From a virus (Duplodnaviria; Caudoviricetes): a stretch of 42,779 bases of DNA. The stretch is taken from the IMG/VR virus record IMGVR_UViG_3300011334_000550, positions 1 through 42,779 of that record, one strand, 5' to 3'. Of this stretch, positions 26,453-36,568 are shown piece by piece; positions within the stretch are counted from its first letter, which is position 1; each line of letters opens with the position of its first letter. Below the pieces are notes generated by a model. It made no database searches and was not told where the DNA came from. It saw only the letters and a list, made by a program, of their open reading frames with translations. The translations under genes were made by a program, and so were the position numbers.

Positions 26453-27269
26453 GTTTAAGTGTTTCTATTATTTGTTGTGGGTTATTGTTAATGTCTGTTT
26501 CCCAAAATCTAAGTAATTTAAAACCGTTGTCTTTAGCCCATTGGTTTTTTTGTTTGTCACGTTTAATATTCTTTTCTTGAGTTTTACATATTGGACCATT
26601 AGGATATTTAAGAGGATTACAATGATAAAAATCACCATCTACTTCAATCAACATATTATATTTAGGTAAATAAAAATCATAAAATGCTTTTATAGGTTTA
26701 GTATAATATGAATGGATATTTTCAATATTTTGTTCAAGTAATATATTTTGGAATGTTATTTCTAATTTGGAAGTATGTATTTTATCTTCTTTTATGATTC
26801 GTTTCATTGCTGAATCGCTCATTTTTAATTTAGTTTTTTCTGATTGTATTCTGCCTACTCCAAATCCTTTAGGTTTTGGTTTGGGTACACCTAAAGCTCC
26901 TTTAGATATTTTTTTACCTTGTTCTACCCAATCTTTATTTTTAATAGCATCTATTATATAATCATATTCACCTGAAGCAAATTTTGCTTTACGTGTTGCA
27001 ATAATTTTAGCTACACGTTTGGGGTTTTTAGGATCTCCAAAATGTCCTTCTTTTCGAGTATTATGTCCAACTATAAATTTATAAAAATCCCCATATTCAG
27101 GAGCATATTTGGTTTTATTACCACACCCACACTTACATAATGGATTTATTCCATTATATTTTACTTGAATAAGATATTCAAGAAATCTTAGTTTATGATA
27201 AAAAGAAGTATGTTTACTTAACTTTTGTTGTTTATCGGTTTCATAATTACATAGTTGACATTTAAGCAT
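26439..27269 (-). mobile_element. free-standing putative homing endonuclease (Zn-finger/NUMOD-like N-terminus, DUF559/Vsr-like nuclease domain)
   Basis: CQLC..H..H, CKCGC, SEKTKLKMS, SKLE, YDFYLP...IEVDGDFYH, RDKQK...GFKLLRFWE; inserted between the tube and chaperone genes. Confidence 0.75.
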
Positions 27270-27272
27270 AAA

Positions 27273-27311
27273 AAATCCTCCTCATTTATTATAAATATGC
27301 GAGGAGGATTT
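27273..27311 (-). promoter_or_regulatory. hairpin sequestering the endonuclease initiation region, with an ATATTTATA box in its loop
   Basis: Perfect 11-bp inverted repeat AAATCCTCCTC/GAGGAGGATTT ending 3 nt before the ATG. Confidence 0.8.
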
Positions 27312-27340
27312 AAGATCGACTTGGATTGTGCTTCTCTAAT

Positions 27341-27829
27341 CTAAAAATTGAGAATGCAATAATCCATTGATAAGTTAACTGTTAATTCTTGAGCTGCTGC
27401 TTCATCATCCCAACTGTAGTCTCCAAATTTTGCAGATTTAATAAATGCTCCTTTAATAACCCATTCAGATACAATGTCTCCTACTGGTCCTAAAATGTTG
27501 ATTGTTACGTCTTTCTTGTAAAAATCAGAGTAACCATCGCGGCCTGTAACAGACTCATGATGTAAACGTACCCATTCCATTACTGATTGAGCGCCTGATG
27601 GTGTAATAGGATCAAACAATGTCATTTCAATGTCATCCCACTTAGCTTTACCTTTAATTTTACGGTAAACGTTAATGTGATTTAAGACAATTTCCTCCAT
27701 TGTTACACCCACAGCTCCAATCTTTTTAATTGTGTAAGCTGGAATTCCATCCACATACATAATAAAGCGATTTTTTACTTTAGGTTCAAATGCGGTGAAA
27801 AATATTTCGTTGGGACTTAGTACTGCCAT
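27341..27829 (-). CDS. gp19: tail tube protein (T4 gp19-like)
   Basis: FEPKVKNRF, KGKAKWDDI, WVR, YKKD, W.IKGAF, DYCILNF; follows the sheath gene. Confidence 0.92.
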   Translation of the reverse strand: MAVLSPNEIFFTAFEPKVKNRFIMYVDGIPAYTIKKIGAVGVTMEEIVLNHINVYRKIKGKAKWDDIEMTLFDPITPSGAQSVMEWVRLHHESVTGRDGYSDFYKKDVTINILGPVGDIVSEWVIKGAFIKSAKFGDYSWDDEAAAQELTVNLSMDYCILNF

Positions 27830-27875
27830 TTTATTTTATGTTTTTGTTTATTATAAATATTATATTTTTAAAAAA

Positions 27876-29621
27876 TTATGCTCCAAAAGTAGCTCCTGTT
27901 GGTGTGATGTTGAAGTCTAAGTAAATGAATTCAGCTGTTTTAGTTGGTTGAACAAATATTTTACCTACCAATTCATTTCTGTCAATTACATCAGGTGTGT
28001 TGTTTGTTTCATCCATAATTACTTTGAAAGCATACAATCCTTGTCTTTGTTGAACAGATGTTAAGTAAGGATTTGTTTGGCTTAAAAATTGATTTCTTGT
28101 AGCAATAGTGTTTTGTTCAAATACTAAATTAAGAGCTATTTGAGAAATGTATGATTTTAAAGCAATCAACAAACGTCTAACATTTACTCTGTCTAAAGCA
28201 CTAGCTCTAGTTTGTAGTGTTTTTTGTCCATATACTACTATGCCTGTTCCTGGGAAGGTTGCAATTGGATTTACTTTTCCATTGTATAAAGTGTCTCTGT
28301 TTGCAGCTGAGAGTTTTTGTTCAACTCTAACTACTTGTGACAGTCCTCCTCTGTTTATTCCTGCAGGTGCAAACCAAGGCTCAGCTACTGAGTCGTTGTA
28401 AGCATATACTCCTCCAATTACTGTTGAAGCAGGTACCCAAACTAATTCTCCTGTAGAAGGATCTACTACTTGGCACCAAGGCCAGTATTCAGCAGCATAT
28501 GATGTGTTGCGAGTAGAAGCTTGAGCTGTTACAGCACTTACTACTTTACCATAAGCTACAGGATCAACTACATATATGTTGTCTCCTCTATTTTGTGTAT
28601 TTGTAATAATAGATGTTACTTGTGCAGTATAATCTGCATCATATAAACCTGGTGTTAACAATACATTAAATTTAAAATCATCAGTATTTGATAAGAGATT
28701 AATCATGTTAGTATAATTTCCTCCACTTAGTCCTTGTGTATCTGTAGAAGAAATATTATGATAGAATTTAGCTCCTGTGGTTAATCCACCTGCTGCTTTA
28801 ACATTACCTGTTGCTCCACCAAATGATCCACTTGTGTTTATTAAAGGAAGAGAAGCAGTATATGCATCTTTAGCTATTCCATTATTGTCAAAATAATTTA
28901 ATGTTGTGATATTTACACTTTTTACTCTTATGTAATTTGATCTATTAGCATATGAGCCTGTAGTATCAATTTGTATTGTAGCATTATTATAATTTTGAAC
29001 TTGATCACCAATTACACGAGAAATAAAATTTGGTGAATTTGGATCTAAAGATAACATTGTAAATGTCTCTAACACAGTAGGTGTAAGAGCATTATCATCA
29101 CCTCTTCTAATTAATAGATCAAATGTTCCAGAACTAGAGTTTGTATTTACAATCTGCCATCTTACATTATCTTTAGATCCACTTATTAAAGCGCCTGCTG
29201 TTTGTGAACCTGTATTATTCATGATTACACCTTTAGAAAATGTTTCTAAAGTAAATACTTCATTTAATGAACCTGAATCTTTAATAGCTGTTCCTGAACC
29301 TGTAAGGGTAGAGGCAGCTGTGTAAGATCCGCTTACTACTCGAGCTACTAGTAAAGATGTTCCACCATTAACAAAGTAGTTGTAAGCAGCAATTGAAGTA
29401 AAAAATGTAAATGTTTTACTATCTGTAGCACTTCCACTTTCAAATGTTGTACCAAATGTATTAACATATTCGCTAAATGTAGTAACAATTGTTGGAATTT
29501 CAACTGGACCTTTAACTGTTGGTCCAATGATTGCTGCTCCAGCTGTTACAGGTCTACGAGATACAAAAGATGAATCGTTTTCTCTTGCTAAGACTCCAGG
29601 TGATATTAATGTTTCTGCCAT
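27876..29621 (-). CDS. gp18: tail sheath protein (T4 gp18-like)
   Basis: SPGVLAREND, WFAPAGINRG, NPI..FPG.G.VVYGQKTL, RVNVRRL, VFEQN, PTKTAEFI. Confidence 0.96.
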   Translation of the reverse strand: MAETLISPGVLARENDSSFVSRRPVTAGAAIIGPTVKGPVEIPTIVTTFSEYVNTFGTTFESGSATDSKTFTFFTSIAAYNYFVNGGTSLLVARVVSGSYTAASTLTGSGTAIKDSGSLNEVFTLETFSKGVIMNNTGSQTAGALISGSKDNVRWQIVNTNSSSGTFDLLIRRGDDNALTPTVLETFTMLSLDPNSPNFISRVIGDQVQNYNNATIQIDTTGSYANRSNYIRVKSVNITTLNYFDNNGIAKDAYTASLPLINTSGSFGGATGNVKAAGGLTTGAKFYHNISSTDTQGLSGGNYTNMINLLSNTDDFKFNVLLTPGLYDADYTAQVTSIITNTQNRGDNIYVVDPVAYGKVVSAVTAQASTRNTSYAAEYWPWCQVVDPSTGELVWVPASTVIGGVYAYNDSVAEPWFAPAGINRGGLSQVVRVEQKLSAANRDTLYNGKVNPIATFPGTGIVVYGQKTLQTRASALDRVNVRRLLIALKSYISQIALNLVFEQNTIATRNQFLSQTNPYLTSVQQRQGLYAFKVIMDETNNTPDVIDRNELVGKIFVQPTKTAEFIYLDFNITPTGATFGA

Positions 29622-29671
29622 TGTTTATTATGTTTTATTTTGTTATAAATATGATGAAACATATTAAAATA

Positions 29672-29920
29672 CTAAGCGCTTATAAATTCTCCCTTTTCAA
29701 GATTTATTGAACCATCGCCGTATTTTTTCTGTAAAGTTTCACCAATTGTGGTTTCTTCTTGACGTATTTTTTTAAGTTCTACTATTAAATATTCTTTTTG
29801 CAAATTAAATTCTTGAATTCTTAATTCAATTATTCCAAACTGTTCAATTAGTTGAAGTCTTTTTTCTTGAACTTCTTTTAATTGTGTAATTTCTTCTGCT
29901 GTTAAAACTTTTGTTGTCAT
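29672..29920 (-). CDS. small coiled-coil protein
   Basis: 82 aa, heptad pattern, KYGDGSINLEKGEF end; ATATTTATA box upstream. Confidence 0.75.
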   Translation of the reverse strand: MTTKVLTAEEITQLKEVQEKRLQLIEQFGIIELRIQEFNLQKEYLIVELKKIRQEETTIGETLQKKYGDGSINLEKGEFISA

Positions 29921-29945
29921 AAATTTTATTTTGTTATAAATATTA

Positions 29946-30800
29946 TTAAAGTTGGGCGGGTGGAATTGTTTCTGATGTAAATGTAATTTTAACTTTGTCT
30001 GGTAATTTTTTTAATGCTGTTATGTCTTTTTGTAATATGTCAGGAATTATATATCCGTTTAGTTTTATGTTAAATGTACTACTTACTGCTCTTTCTTCTT
30101 TATCTGATATTTCTGTTTTTATAGCAAACGAATCAATCATCGCTCTAAATTGAAAACGTGCGGGGTCACCCCAATATGAATCAGATGCATATCCAATTGC
30201 TTCAACAATTTTATTTAGTTGATCCATGTAATAAGTGTTGATGGCACAACTGTAGGTTAAGGTTATGTAATCAGGTACTACAACTGCATAATTTACCTTT
30301 TGAGGAACAACATTGTTTAACACATTAAAGTTGTCATATGCATTTTTAGAACTGTATTTTTTTCTGTGTAAAGCTAAATTGTTGGGATTGTTGGCGTCTA
30401 ATTTATTAGCTATAGATCTTACCTTATCAATACTGTCTCTTTTAAACATTATTATAGGCATCATAATTCTACCTTGAACATCTCTATAGTATCCGTCTTT
30501 TTGAAAGGATTTCCATTTTTCAGGTGAACCATATATTATAGGCACTTCAATTCTTTCACCATTTTGTATTACAGAAGGTTTAATAACATTTGTAAAGTAG
30601 TAGAAAATAGATTCATCAATGTCTTGAATTCCTATAGAAAATGGTTTGGTAGTGTCTCCTTTAAAAGAAAGTTGATCTCCTCTATTTTTTCCATTTGCTA
30701 AATTAGGATTTCCTAATCCGGTTTGTTCATAAGGAACTTGTTGATCAACAAGAAGTTCCTTTTGTGTTTTTGGAATTGGTTTTCTACCTCTGGTTGCCAT
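29946..30800 (-). CDS. tail terminator / sheath stabiliser (T4 gp15-like)
   Basis: VPIIYGSPEKW, P.I...R, PDYITLTY...DQLNKIVEAI; position before the sheath gene. Confidence 0.75.
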   Translation of the reverse strand: MATRGRKPIPKTQKELLVDQQVPYEQTGLGNPNLANGKNRGDQLSFKGDTTKPFSIGIQDIDESIFYYFTNVIKPSVIQNGERIEVPIIYGSPEKWKSFQKDGYYRDVQGRIMMPIIMFKRDSIDKVRSIANKLDANNPNNLALHRKKYSSKNAYDNFNVLNNVVPQKVNYAVVVPDYITLTYSCAINTYYMDQLNKIVEAIGYASDSYWGDPARFQFRAMIDSFAIKTEISDKEERAVSSTFNIKLNGYIIPDILQKDITALKKLPDKVKITFTSETIPPAQL

Positions 30801-31309
30801 TACAATCTTGATTTAATTAAATTTAACCTATCTGAAGGAACATAATGACATTCACATGCTACACTAACATTGTATCCAAAATTTTCTAGTCCTGGATTTA
30901 GTGGGTTTATGGAATTTGGAAAGTCAGGATCTTTGCCTGCAAAAAATTGTGTAATATTTGTATTATCTACTTCCCAATAACTTTCTTGATATAATATAAC
31001 ATCTCCTACTTCAGGATGTGTGTTTGCATCAACTAAATCATCTCTTAAAAAAGCGAAAGTCATTGGCCAATCAAAACCTACACCTAATTCGCTTGTAGGA
31101 CTTGTATTGTCACCAACAGTTATTAAAGCATTTAGTAAAACTGGTCCGTCAAAAAATCTTCCTCCAGACGCTTCACCGTATAAATTTACTGTTGTTTTTT
31201 GCAAAATGTATTTGTAAAAAGAACACTGTTGAGAAATAACGTTGCCCATTACTTCTCTGTTCATTCCTCTTATAAATGAGATGTCTCTACTAGATCCAAA
31301 AAGTGCCAT
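30800..31309 (-). CDS. neck / head-closure protein (T4 gp14-like)
   Basis: NLYGE and PEVGDVI..YWEV motifs; between the gp13- and gp15-like genes. Confidence 0.72.
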   Translation of the reverse strand: MALFGSSRDISFIRGMNREVMGNVISQQCSFYKYILQKTTVNLYGEASGGRFFDGPVLLNALITVGDNTSPTSELGVGFDWPMTFAFLRDDLVDANTHPEVGDVILYQESYWEVDNTNITQFFAGKDPDFPNSINPLNPGLENFGYNVSVACECHYVPSDRLNLIKSRL

Positions 31310-31320
31310 ATTTTACGTTT

Positions 31321-32457
31321 TTAGCCTATAAATATAGTCATAGGAGATTTTCCAAGTTCAATCATAGCAGCATCTCCTTCTGCTTGTCTTCTTACTAGTA
31401 AAGATTGACGAGAAGTTTCATCCATGTATAATCTTAATCTTTCTATTAAAGCTGTTTTTTCTGCTGTTGCAGCTGATATTAAGTCTGATTGATTAAGTGA
31501 AATTTCCTTTCCTGGAATTGGAATTTGAGCGTATTTTCCTCTAACATATCCTAACATTTCTTTACACAAAGATAATGTGTATTCAAATATCCATTGTCTG
31601 CCTATAGAATTTATTTGAGAATATGAGGGATTTGTAAAGTTAGCATTTGAAACATTAGTTACTGATGATCCTGCCTGAGTTATAATTGAATTTGTTCTTT
31701 CTTCAAGGCTAATGTAGTGAAACCAAATGTAGTTTCCAGTGTAGTCTGGAATTGGAAATATTCTTAATTTATTGTTTACTAGTTCAAATGAATAATCTGA
31801 CAATGCAACTTGATTTTGCAATTCAATTGCTTGAGTTGTTTGAATTAGTAAACTTGTAGGATACATAAAGTAACCTGGAACTCCATTAGCAAAAGATGCT
31901 CCTCCAACTGCAGGAACTCCTCCAAGTCCTGAAAATAAGTTTAATCCATAAAGTTGATTAACAGCAGGAGTTGGTTGGTAAAATACTCTTTTTATTTCTA
32001 TTCCCCCAGTTATGTTGTTGTCTAAAGCCCATTGGGTTAAATTGTAATCTTGAATGCTTGCTGTAGTTGCTATTGAGCCACTGTGATAATCTACATATCC
32101 TCCTACTCCTGCTTCTGAGCCATATTGCTCTGTCAATTTAATTACATTAGCCATACTTGGAATGACAGTAGCATGGTTCATGTTAGAAGAGGTAGGAGAT
32201 CCAGCTATGTTTAATAAATTATCTCTTACTTGATAAGCGTACAATTCATTTCCATATGTTGTAATTGCCTCTTCAAAAGCTGTGTAGAAGTTTAAATCTT
32301 GCAATTCAACTTCCATTATAGGATATCCTAAACGTCTAGCACAAAAAGTAGTTACTTTATCTGCGTCAGTTTGAAATTGATAGTCATTATCATAAAATCC
32401 AAAAGGAGTATTACCTGGAAAAAATGAACTAGAACCGGGATATATAGGTACATTCAT
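31321..32457 (-). CDS. neck / head-tail adaptor (T4 gp13-like)
   Basis: RRLGYPIMEVEL, WIFEYTLSLCKEMLGYVRGKY..IP.P...LN. Confidence 0.85.
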   Translation of the reverse strand: MNVPIYPGSSSFFPGNTPFGFYDNDYQFQTDADKVTTFCARRLGYPIMEVELQDLNFYTAFEEAITTYGNELYAYQVRDNLLNIAGSPTSSNMNHATVIPSMANVIKLTEQYGSEAGVGGYVDYHSGSIATTASIQDYNLTQWALDNNITGGIEIKRVFYQPTPAVNQLYGLNLFSGLGGVPAVGGASFANGVPGYFMYPTSLLIQTTQAIELQNQVALSDYSFELVNNKLRIFPIPDYTGNYIWFHYISLEERTNSIITQAGSSVTNVSNANFTNPSYSQINSIGRQWIFEYTLSLCKEMLGYVRGKYAQIPIPGKEISLNQSDLISAATAEKTALIERLRLYMDETSRQSLLVRRQAEGDAAMIELGKSPMTIFIG

Positions 32458-32500
32458 GAATTATGATTTATTATAAATATGACAAAGATTAAAGTAATTC

Positions 32501-33907
32501 TTAGTTGAAGCAAGGATCTGCAACTAATCCAAATGTTGGATATGTAATAGGATCTACAATTGACGGAGCATTTTTAGCTATGCCATTTGGTGATTGGTTT
32601 ATGTATCTAATGCCAGAGTTGCCTCCTTTATCTGAGTTAGGAGTTAGCATGAGTAATTGTCCTTTTCTTGTTAAACTACAGTCTGATGTATTTACAAATT
32701 TTGCTGTTTTTTCAAAAGTGTCTTGAAAAGTAATTGTGTATGCTGTACCTGATGTACTAGACTGTATTGTTGTTTTTTGTTTTGGACTTCCACTAAAAAA
32801 TTTATTCATTGTTAAAGTAGTACCAGCAGGTGCTAGCACTATATTCCATGCTATTTTATCCATGTTTATTAGGGTTGTTGCTAGTGCTATTAATAAAGTA
32901 CTTCCTGTAGTTGTAACTTTTCCAGAAGTGTATGTTAAGGTACCTGTGTTATAGCGAAATTCTGCTGAGTCAGATATTGTTACATCTCCTGCTATTTCAA
33001 GATTATTTCTTAATTGAGTAGTAGATATTCCAGTAATAGTTCCTCCTGTTATTTTAATGTTTGTAGTTCCTGCTATTATTGTAGTAGTGCCTCCCATTGT
33101 AATACCATTACCAGCATTTATTGTATTTCCATTTATTGTTGTGGTTGTGGTTGTTGTTCCAAGAGTTAACATTCCTGATAAATTAAGATTTGATGTTAAT
33201 GTGATAGTTATTGCACTGGTAAAACGAATACTAAACCATGTCATACCTGATGTGTTTAAGGTAGTAGCAGCAGCAGAAATAAATAATTGCGAACCAGCTG
33301 TTGTAATGGCTCCTGAAACCCATGTCATTGTATTGTTGTTAAAAGCCACATTTCCTGAAACAGTACAATCGCCAACAAATTGAAATGGATTTCTAATAGG
33401 ATTTGTACTCGAGCCTGACCATGTGCCACCACCAAGTTTTATAATACAAGTTCCAACTGCTGTACCTCCATTATTTGTTATTCCTCCATTACATGTTATG
33501 CTATTGGTACTAAGATTTGTATTTGTTGTTGTGGTTACAAGACCTGTGACAGTCCAATTATCTCCAAGTACAGCTGCTCCAGCCCACACAGTCAATGCAC
33601 CCGGCCATGTTTTTCCATTTGATGTGATTGTTGCAAATGCTGTAATACTAAGTGTTCCTGTGCCTGTTATAGTCATTGCAGCAACAAGTGTAACACTACC
33701 ACCAACGCTTAAAGTAGCATTCATGGTTAATGTGTTTGTGTAGTTTGTAAAGTCTATGGATGTGCAAGCAGCAGCAACATTGACAGTTAATTGACCTGAG
33801 AGCATTGATGATTGTACGTTGTCACCAAGTATAGGTACAATGCCTTCTATCCATGTTGCTGTGTTATTCCAGTTACCTCCTCCAATTGCTATTGTTCTAA
33901 TGGCCAT
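32501..33907 (-). CDS. Thr/Gly-rich beta-solenoid fibre/spike-like protein
   Basis: GGNWNNTATW..G.VP..GD N-terminus; internally repeated beta-rich units. Confidence 0.65.
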   Translation of the reverse strand: MAIRTIAIGGGNWNNTATWIEGIVPILGDNVQSSMLSGQLTVNVAAACTSIDFTNYTNTLTMNATLSVGGSVTLVAAMTITGTGTLSITAFATITSNGKTWPGALTVWAGAAVLGDNWTVTGLVTTTTNTNLSTNSITCNGGITNNGGTAVGTCIIKLGGGTWSGSSTNPIRNPFQFVGDCTVSGNVAFNNNTMTWVSGAITTAGSQLFISAAATTLNTSGMTWFSIRFTSAITITLTSNLNLSGMLTLGTTTTTTTINGNTINAGNGITMGGTTTIIAGTTNIKITGGTITGISTTQLRNNLEIAGDVTISDSAEFRYNTGTLTYTSGKVTTTGSTLLIALATTLINMDKIAWNIVLAPAGTTLTMNKFFSGSPKQKTTIQSSTSGTAYTITFQDTFEKTAKFVNTSDCSLTRKGQLLMLTPNSDKGGNSGIRYINQSPNGIAKNAPSIVDPITYPTFGLVADPCFN

Positions 33908-33910
33908 TGT

Positions 33911-34330
33911 TTAATAGTCTCCTGCGAATGCGGTAGCATCAAATTGATCTGAGGCACCAGTGTATAGTGATTGTACAACAGACATGATTTGACCACTTAA
34001 CATGATAATAGGTTGATCAAAAGTAAAAATTGAAGTTGCTCCAACTGCTGTAATTGATCGAGTTGCTGTTGCTGTTGCTACTTCTCCTATAAGTCTATGA
34101 TTGGTTCCAGCAGTGTCAGAAAGAAATATTCTGTGTACCAAAGCAGATGTTATACCTGCAACTGCTTGAGAATTTCTAAATCTTACTCCATCTACTCTAG
34201 CACCAGCTGCTCCTGCAGTTACTAAAGTTACTAATGCTCCTGATCCATCAGATGCTGTGTTTGCTGCTGCAATTCTTGCTGGCTTAATGTTTCCTTGAAG
34301 AACAAATATTGGTGTGGTGTTTGCTGACAT
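33911..34330 (-). CDS. putative virion protein
   Basis: 139 aa, Ala/Thr-rich, within the fibre cluster. Confidence 0.65.
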   Translation of the reverse strand: MSANTTPIFVLQGNIKPARIAAANTASDGSGALVTLVTAGAAGARVDGVRFRNSQAVAGITSALVHRIFLSDTAGTNHRLIGEVATATATRSITAVGATSIFTFDQPIIMLSGQIMSVVQSLYTGASDQFDATAFAGDY

Positions 34331-34333
34331 TGT

Positions 34334-34585
34334 TTATTGGTTTTGTATGGTGTTAATATATTCTGTTAGTTCTTGATTTGTGCTTTGTGTAATTGTAATT
34401 GTCATCATGTTGTTGATGACAGTTCTCACAATTTTAATTTGTTGAATGCCTATTGCAGTTGACGCAAATGTGGTTTCAAAGCTTTCATATGTTCCATCAT
34501 GCATGTCTTCACAAGCACAAGTGTAAGTTGTTGGACTGCTTTTACTTTTAATTATGTGTCCGTCTAAAGCTGTGTATGTCATCAT
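34334..34585 (-). CDS. hypothetical protein
   Basis: 83-aa ORF exactly filling the gap in the operon. Confidence 0.6.
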   Translation of the reverse strand: MMTYTALDGHIIKSKSSPTTYTCACEDMHDGTYESFETTFASTAIGIQQIKIVRTVINNMMTITITQSTNQELTEYINTIQNQ

Positions 34586-34586
34586 C

Positions 34587-35054
34587 TTATGTAAAATTAT
34601 AATAGTTAAATAGACTTACTGCTGCAGATATGTTTCCAGCTGTTGGTGCAAAGGAAGCACTATCTGCATATGATGCACTTAATGCTTTATTTCCGTTGGT
34701 AAATATTGAACCTGTTACAAATGAAGCTGTTGTTGCAAATGATGCAGTTAAAGCATAAGATGATGTTCCTAATAAAGAACCTGTAAATCCATCTGTTGAG
34801 ATTGTTGAGCCTGTTATAGTTAAACTTCCTGTTATAACAGCACTTCCAGTATATGGAAATGATGAAGCATTTGCTACATATGAAGCAGTTAAAGCAAATG
34901 ATGAACTTAATGCTTGTAAAGCATAAGATGAGGTTAAAGCATTTATTGCCCAACTTGCAGTACCTAATAATGAACCTGTTATACCATTTGATACATCTAA
35001 TGAGTATAAGGATGCTGCTGATCCTGATGTAATGACCTTCTTCCAATTTGGCAT
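34587..35054 (-). CDS. short fibre-adaptor-like protein with TGSLLGT repeats
   Basis: MPNWKKVITSGS start, two TGSLLGT[AS]S units, xAxxAS repeats. Confidence 0.7.
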   Translation of the reverse strand: MPNWKKVITSGSAASLYSLDVSNGITGSLLGTASWAINALTSSYALQALSSSFALTASYVANASSFPYTGSAVITGSLTITGSTISTDGFTGSLLGTSSYALTASFATTASFVTGSIFTNGNKALSASYADSASFAPTAGNISAAVSLFNYYNFT

Positions 35055-35067
35055 ATAATATATTTTT

Positions 35068-35133
35068 AATTGTGGTTAGATACATGCACTTTATGCCAGT
35101 GTATATGCCTACTTCCTTTTCAGGCCAACAATT
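35068..35133 (-). ncRNA. candidate three-way-junction cis-regulatory RNA in a 5' leader
   Basis: P1 AAUUGU(U)GG/CCACAAUU; P2 CCU-GAAA-AGG; P3 UAGGcAUAUaCACU/AGUGcAUGUaUCUA; lies between a promoter-like box and the ATG. Confidence 0.55.
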
Positions 35134-35155
35134 TGTTTGATGATAAATATTAACT

Positions 35156-35395
35156 TTATATTGATTGTTGCTTTTTACTTTTCTTTTCTTCTTTTTCTAT
35201 AATGTGTTGTAAATCTTGTTGTTTTTTAACTTCTTCTTGTTTTAAAATTTCTTGAATTTGAATCAACTCATTTTCAAGTTTAGATTGTAAGTTAGCTAAA
35301 AATTTAGCATCTGTGCCTTTAATGGAAATGATGTCTAAAGATTGTCTTAGCAGTTGAATTTCATTTACTGTTAAATCAATTGAAAAAATGTTCAT
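35156..35395 (-). CDS. small helical protein, possible fibre chaperone
   Basis: DLTVNEIQLLRQSL...IKG, similar to the adjacent gene. Confidence 0.7.
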   Translation of the reverse strand: MNIFSIDLTVNEIQLLRQSLDIISIKGTDAKFLANLQSKLENELIQIQEILKQEEVKKQQDLQHIIEKEEKKSKKQQSI

Positions 35396-35400
35396 AACTG

Positions 35401-35610
35401 TTATTTTTGTTGATTAGTATATTGGTTTTGTAGTTTAATCACTGTGTTATATAGTATTTCTACATGCTCTCCTTTAAATGTTGAGTTGCGTAATGTAATT
35501 AATATAAGTTGAATTTCTTCAACAGTCAAGTTATCTTTACTAAGAAGTGAAGAAGTAGATTTCTCTACTTCTAAGTTATTAATAATTAAATTATTTGCGG
35601 TAAAAGCCAT
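35401..35610 (-). CDS. small helical protein, possible fibre chaperone (start reassigned to ATG 35610)
   Basis: NLTVEEIQLILITL...FKG, paralogous pattern to 35156-35395. Confidence 0.65.
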   Translation of the reverse strand: MAFTANNLIINNLEVEKSTSSLLSKDNLTVEEIQLILITLRNSTFKGEHVEILYNTVIKLQNQYTNQQK

Positions 35611-35629
35611 AACTATTTTTTTGTATATT

Positions 35630-36538
35630 TTATGAATATATGTAAACATCACCTGTTAAACTGTTAATAAACATGTTGCCTGATCCATTTGATGAGCCAC
35701 CCCATGTTGGGTTGGTTGGAATAGCTGCTGAAGCTGATACACGAGCTGTTACTACAAATTCATCTGGTGTTAGAGATGTTGAAGTTCCTACTACATCATA
35801 TGCTACAGCAAAACGACCATATGCTCCAGCTGAAGCTGCTTCTAAGTAAAAAGCTGAACCAGAACCTGCTGCATTATATTGAGTAACCAAACCAGAATCT
35901 GCCAATACTGATGAACCACTGTTGATTAAAATAAATTTATCTTTAATGTTTAAATTATCTGCATTGGTAAAAGAAGCAGTACCTGCTACTGATAAATTAC
36001 CTGTAACAGTAGCATCTCCTGACACAGTTAATGTTGCTAAGGATGTTGTTCCAGTTGCTGTTAATCCAGCTAATGTTCCAACTGAGGTTAGTGAAGAACC
36101 TGTAACATTTGAAGCTAATGTTGCTCCAGACAATGTTCCAGCTGGTGCAATAACTGCAGCTGTTGTAATACCTGTTGTTAAACCTTTAGCATTAATGGTA
36201 ATTACTGGAATTGCTGTACTACCACCAGTTGTTCCTGCTGATGCTACTGTGGCTAATGCTGATACTCCTGCTGATGTAATAGTTACATCTCCAGATACTG
36301 TGCTAAATATTGAGCTAGAAAAGAATGGTAATAATGATCCTGAATTGACAGTGAAAGTTCTTGCAACACTTCCATCATATGTGCCCGCAGCTGATAATCC
36401 ACTTCCTGCTGTTAAAGCATTTGCAGAAGCTGCTACTACTCCAGTTAAAGCGCTACCATCTCCTTTAAAGAATGATGCTGTTACTGTCAATAGCTCTGCG
36501 TTACTTCCTGAGACTATTACTTTTTTCCAATTTGCCAT
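35630..36538 (-). CDS. fibre/appendage structural protein
   Basis: MANWKKVIVSGS start; Ser/Gly/Thr/Ala-rich; SSLTSVGTL and V.G.L.V.GT fibre-type motifs. Confidence 0.7.
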   Translation of the reverse strand: MANWKKVIVSGSNAELLTVTASFFKGDGSALTGVVAASANALTAGSGLSAAGTYDGSVARTFTVNSGSLLPFFSSSIFSTVSGDVTITSAGVSALATVASAGTTGGSTAIPVITINAKGLTTGITTAAVIAPAGTLSGATLASNVTGSSLTSVGTLAGLTATGTTSLATLTVSGDATVTGNLSVAGTASFTNADNLNIKDKFILINSGSSVLADSGLVTQYNAAGSGSAFYLEAASAGAYGRFAVAYDVVGTSTSLTPDEFVVTARVSASAAIPTNPTWGGSSNGSGNMFINSLTGDVYIYS

Positions 36539-36568
36539 TATTTATTTTTATTATACATATTAAAGTTC

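Noticed and set aside
35068-35133. Hammerhead ribozyme reading of the three-way junction
   Set aside because: Lacks the CUGAnGA and GAAA core in the required single-stranded positions.
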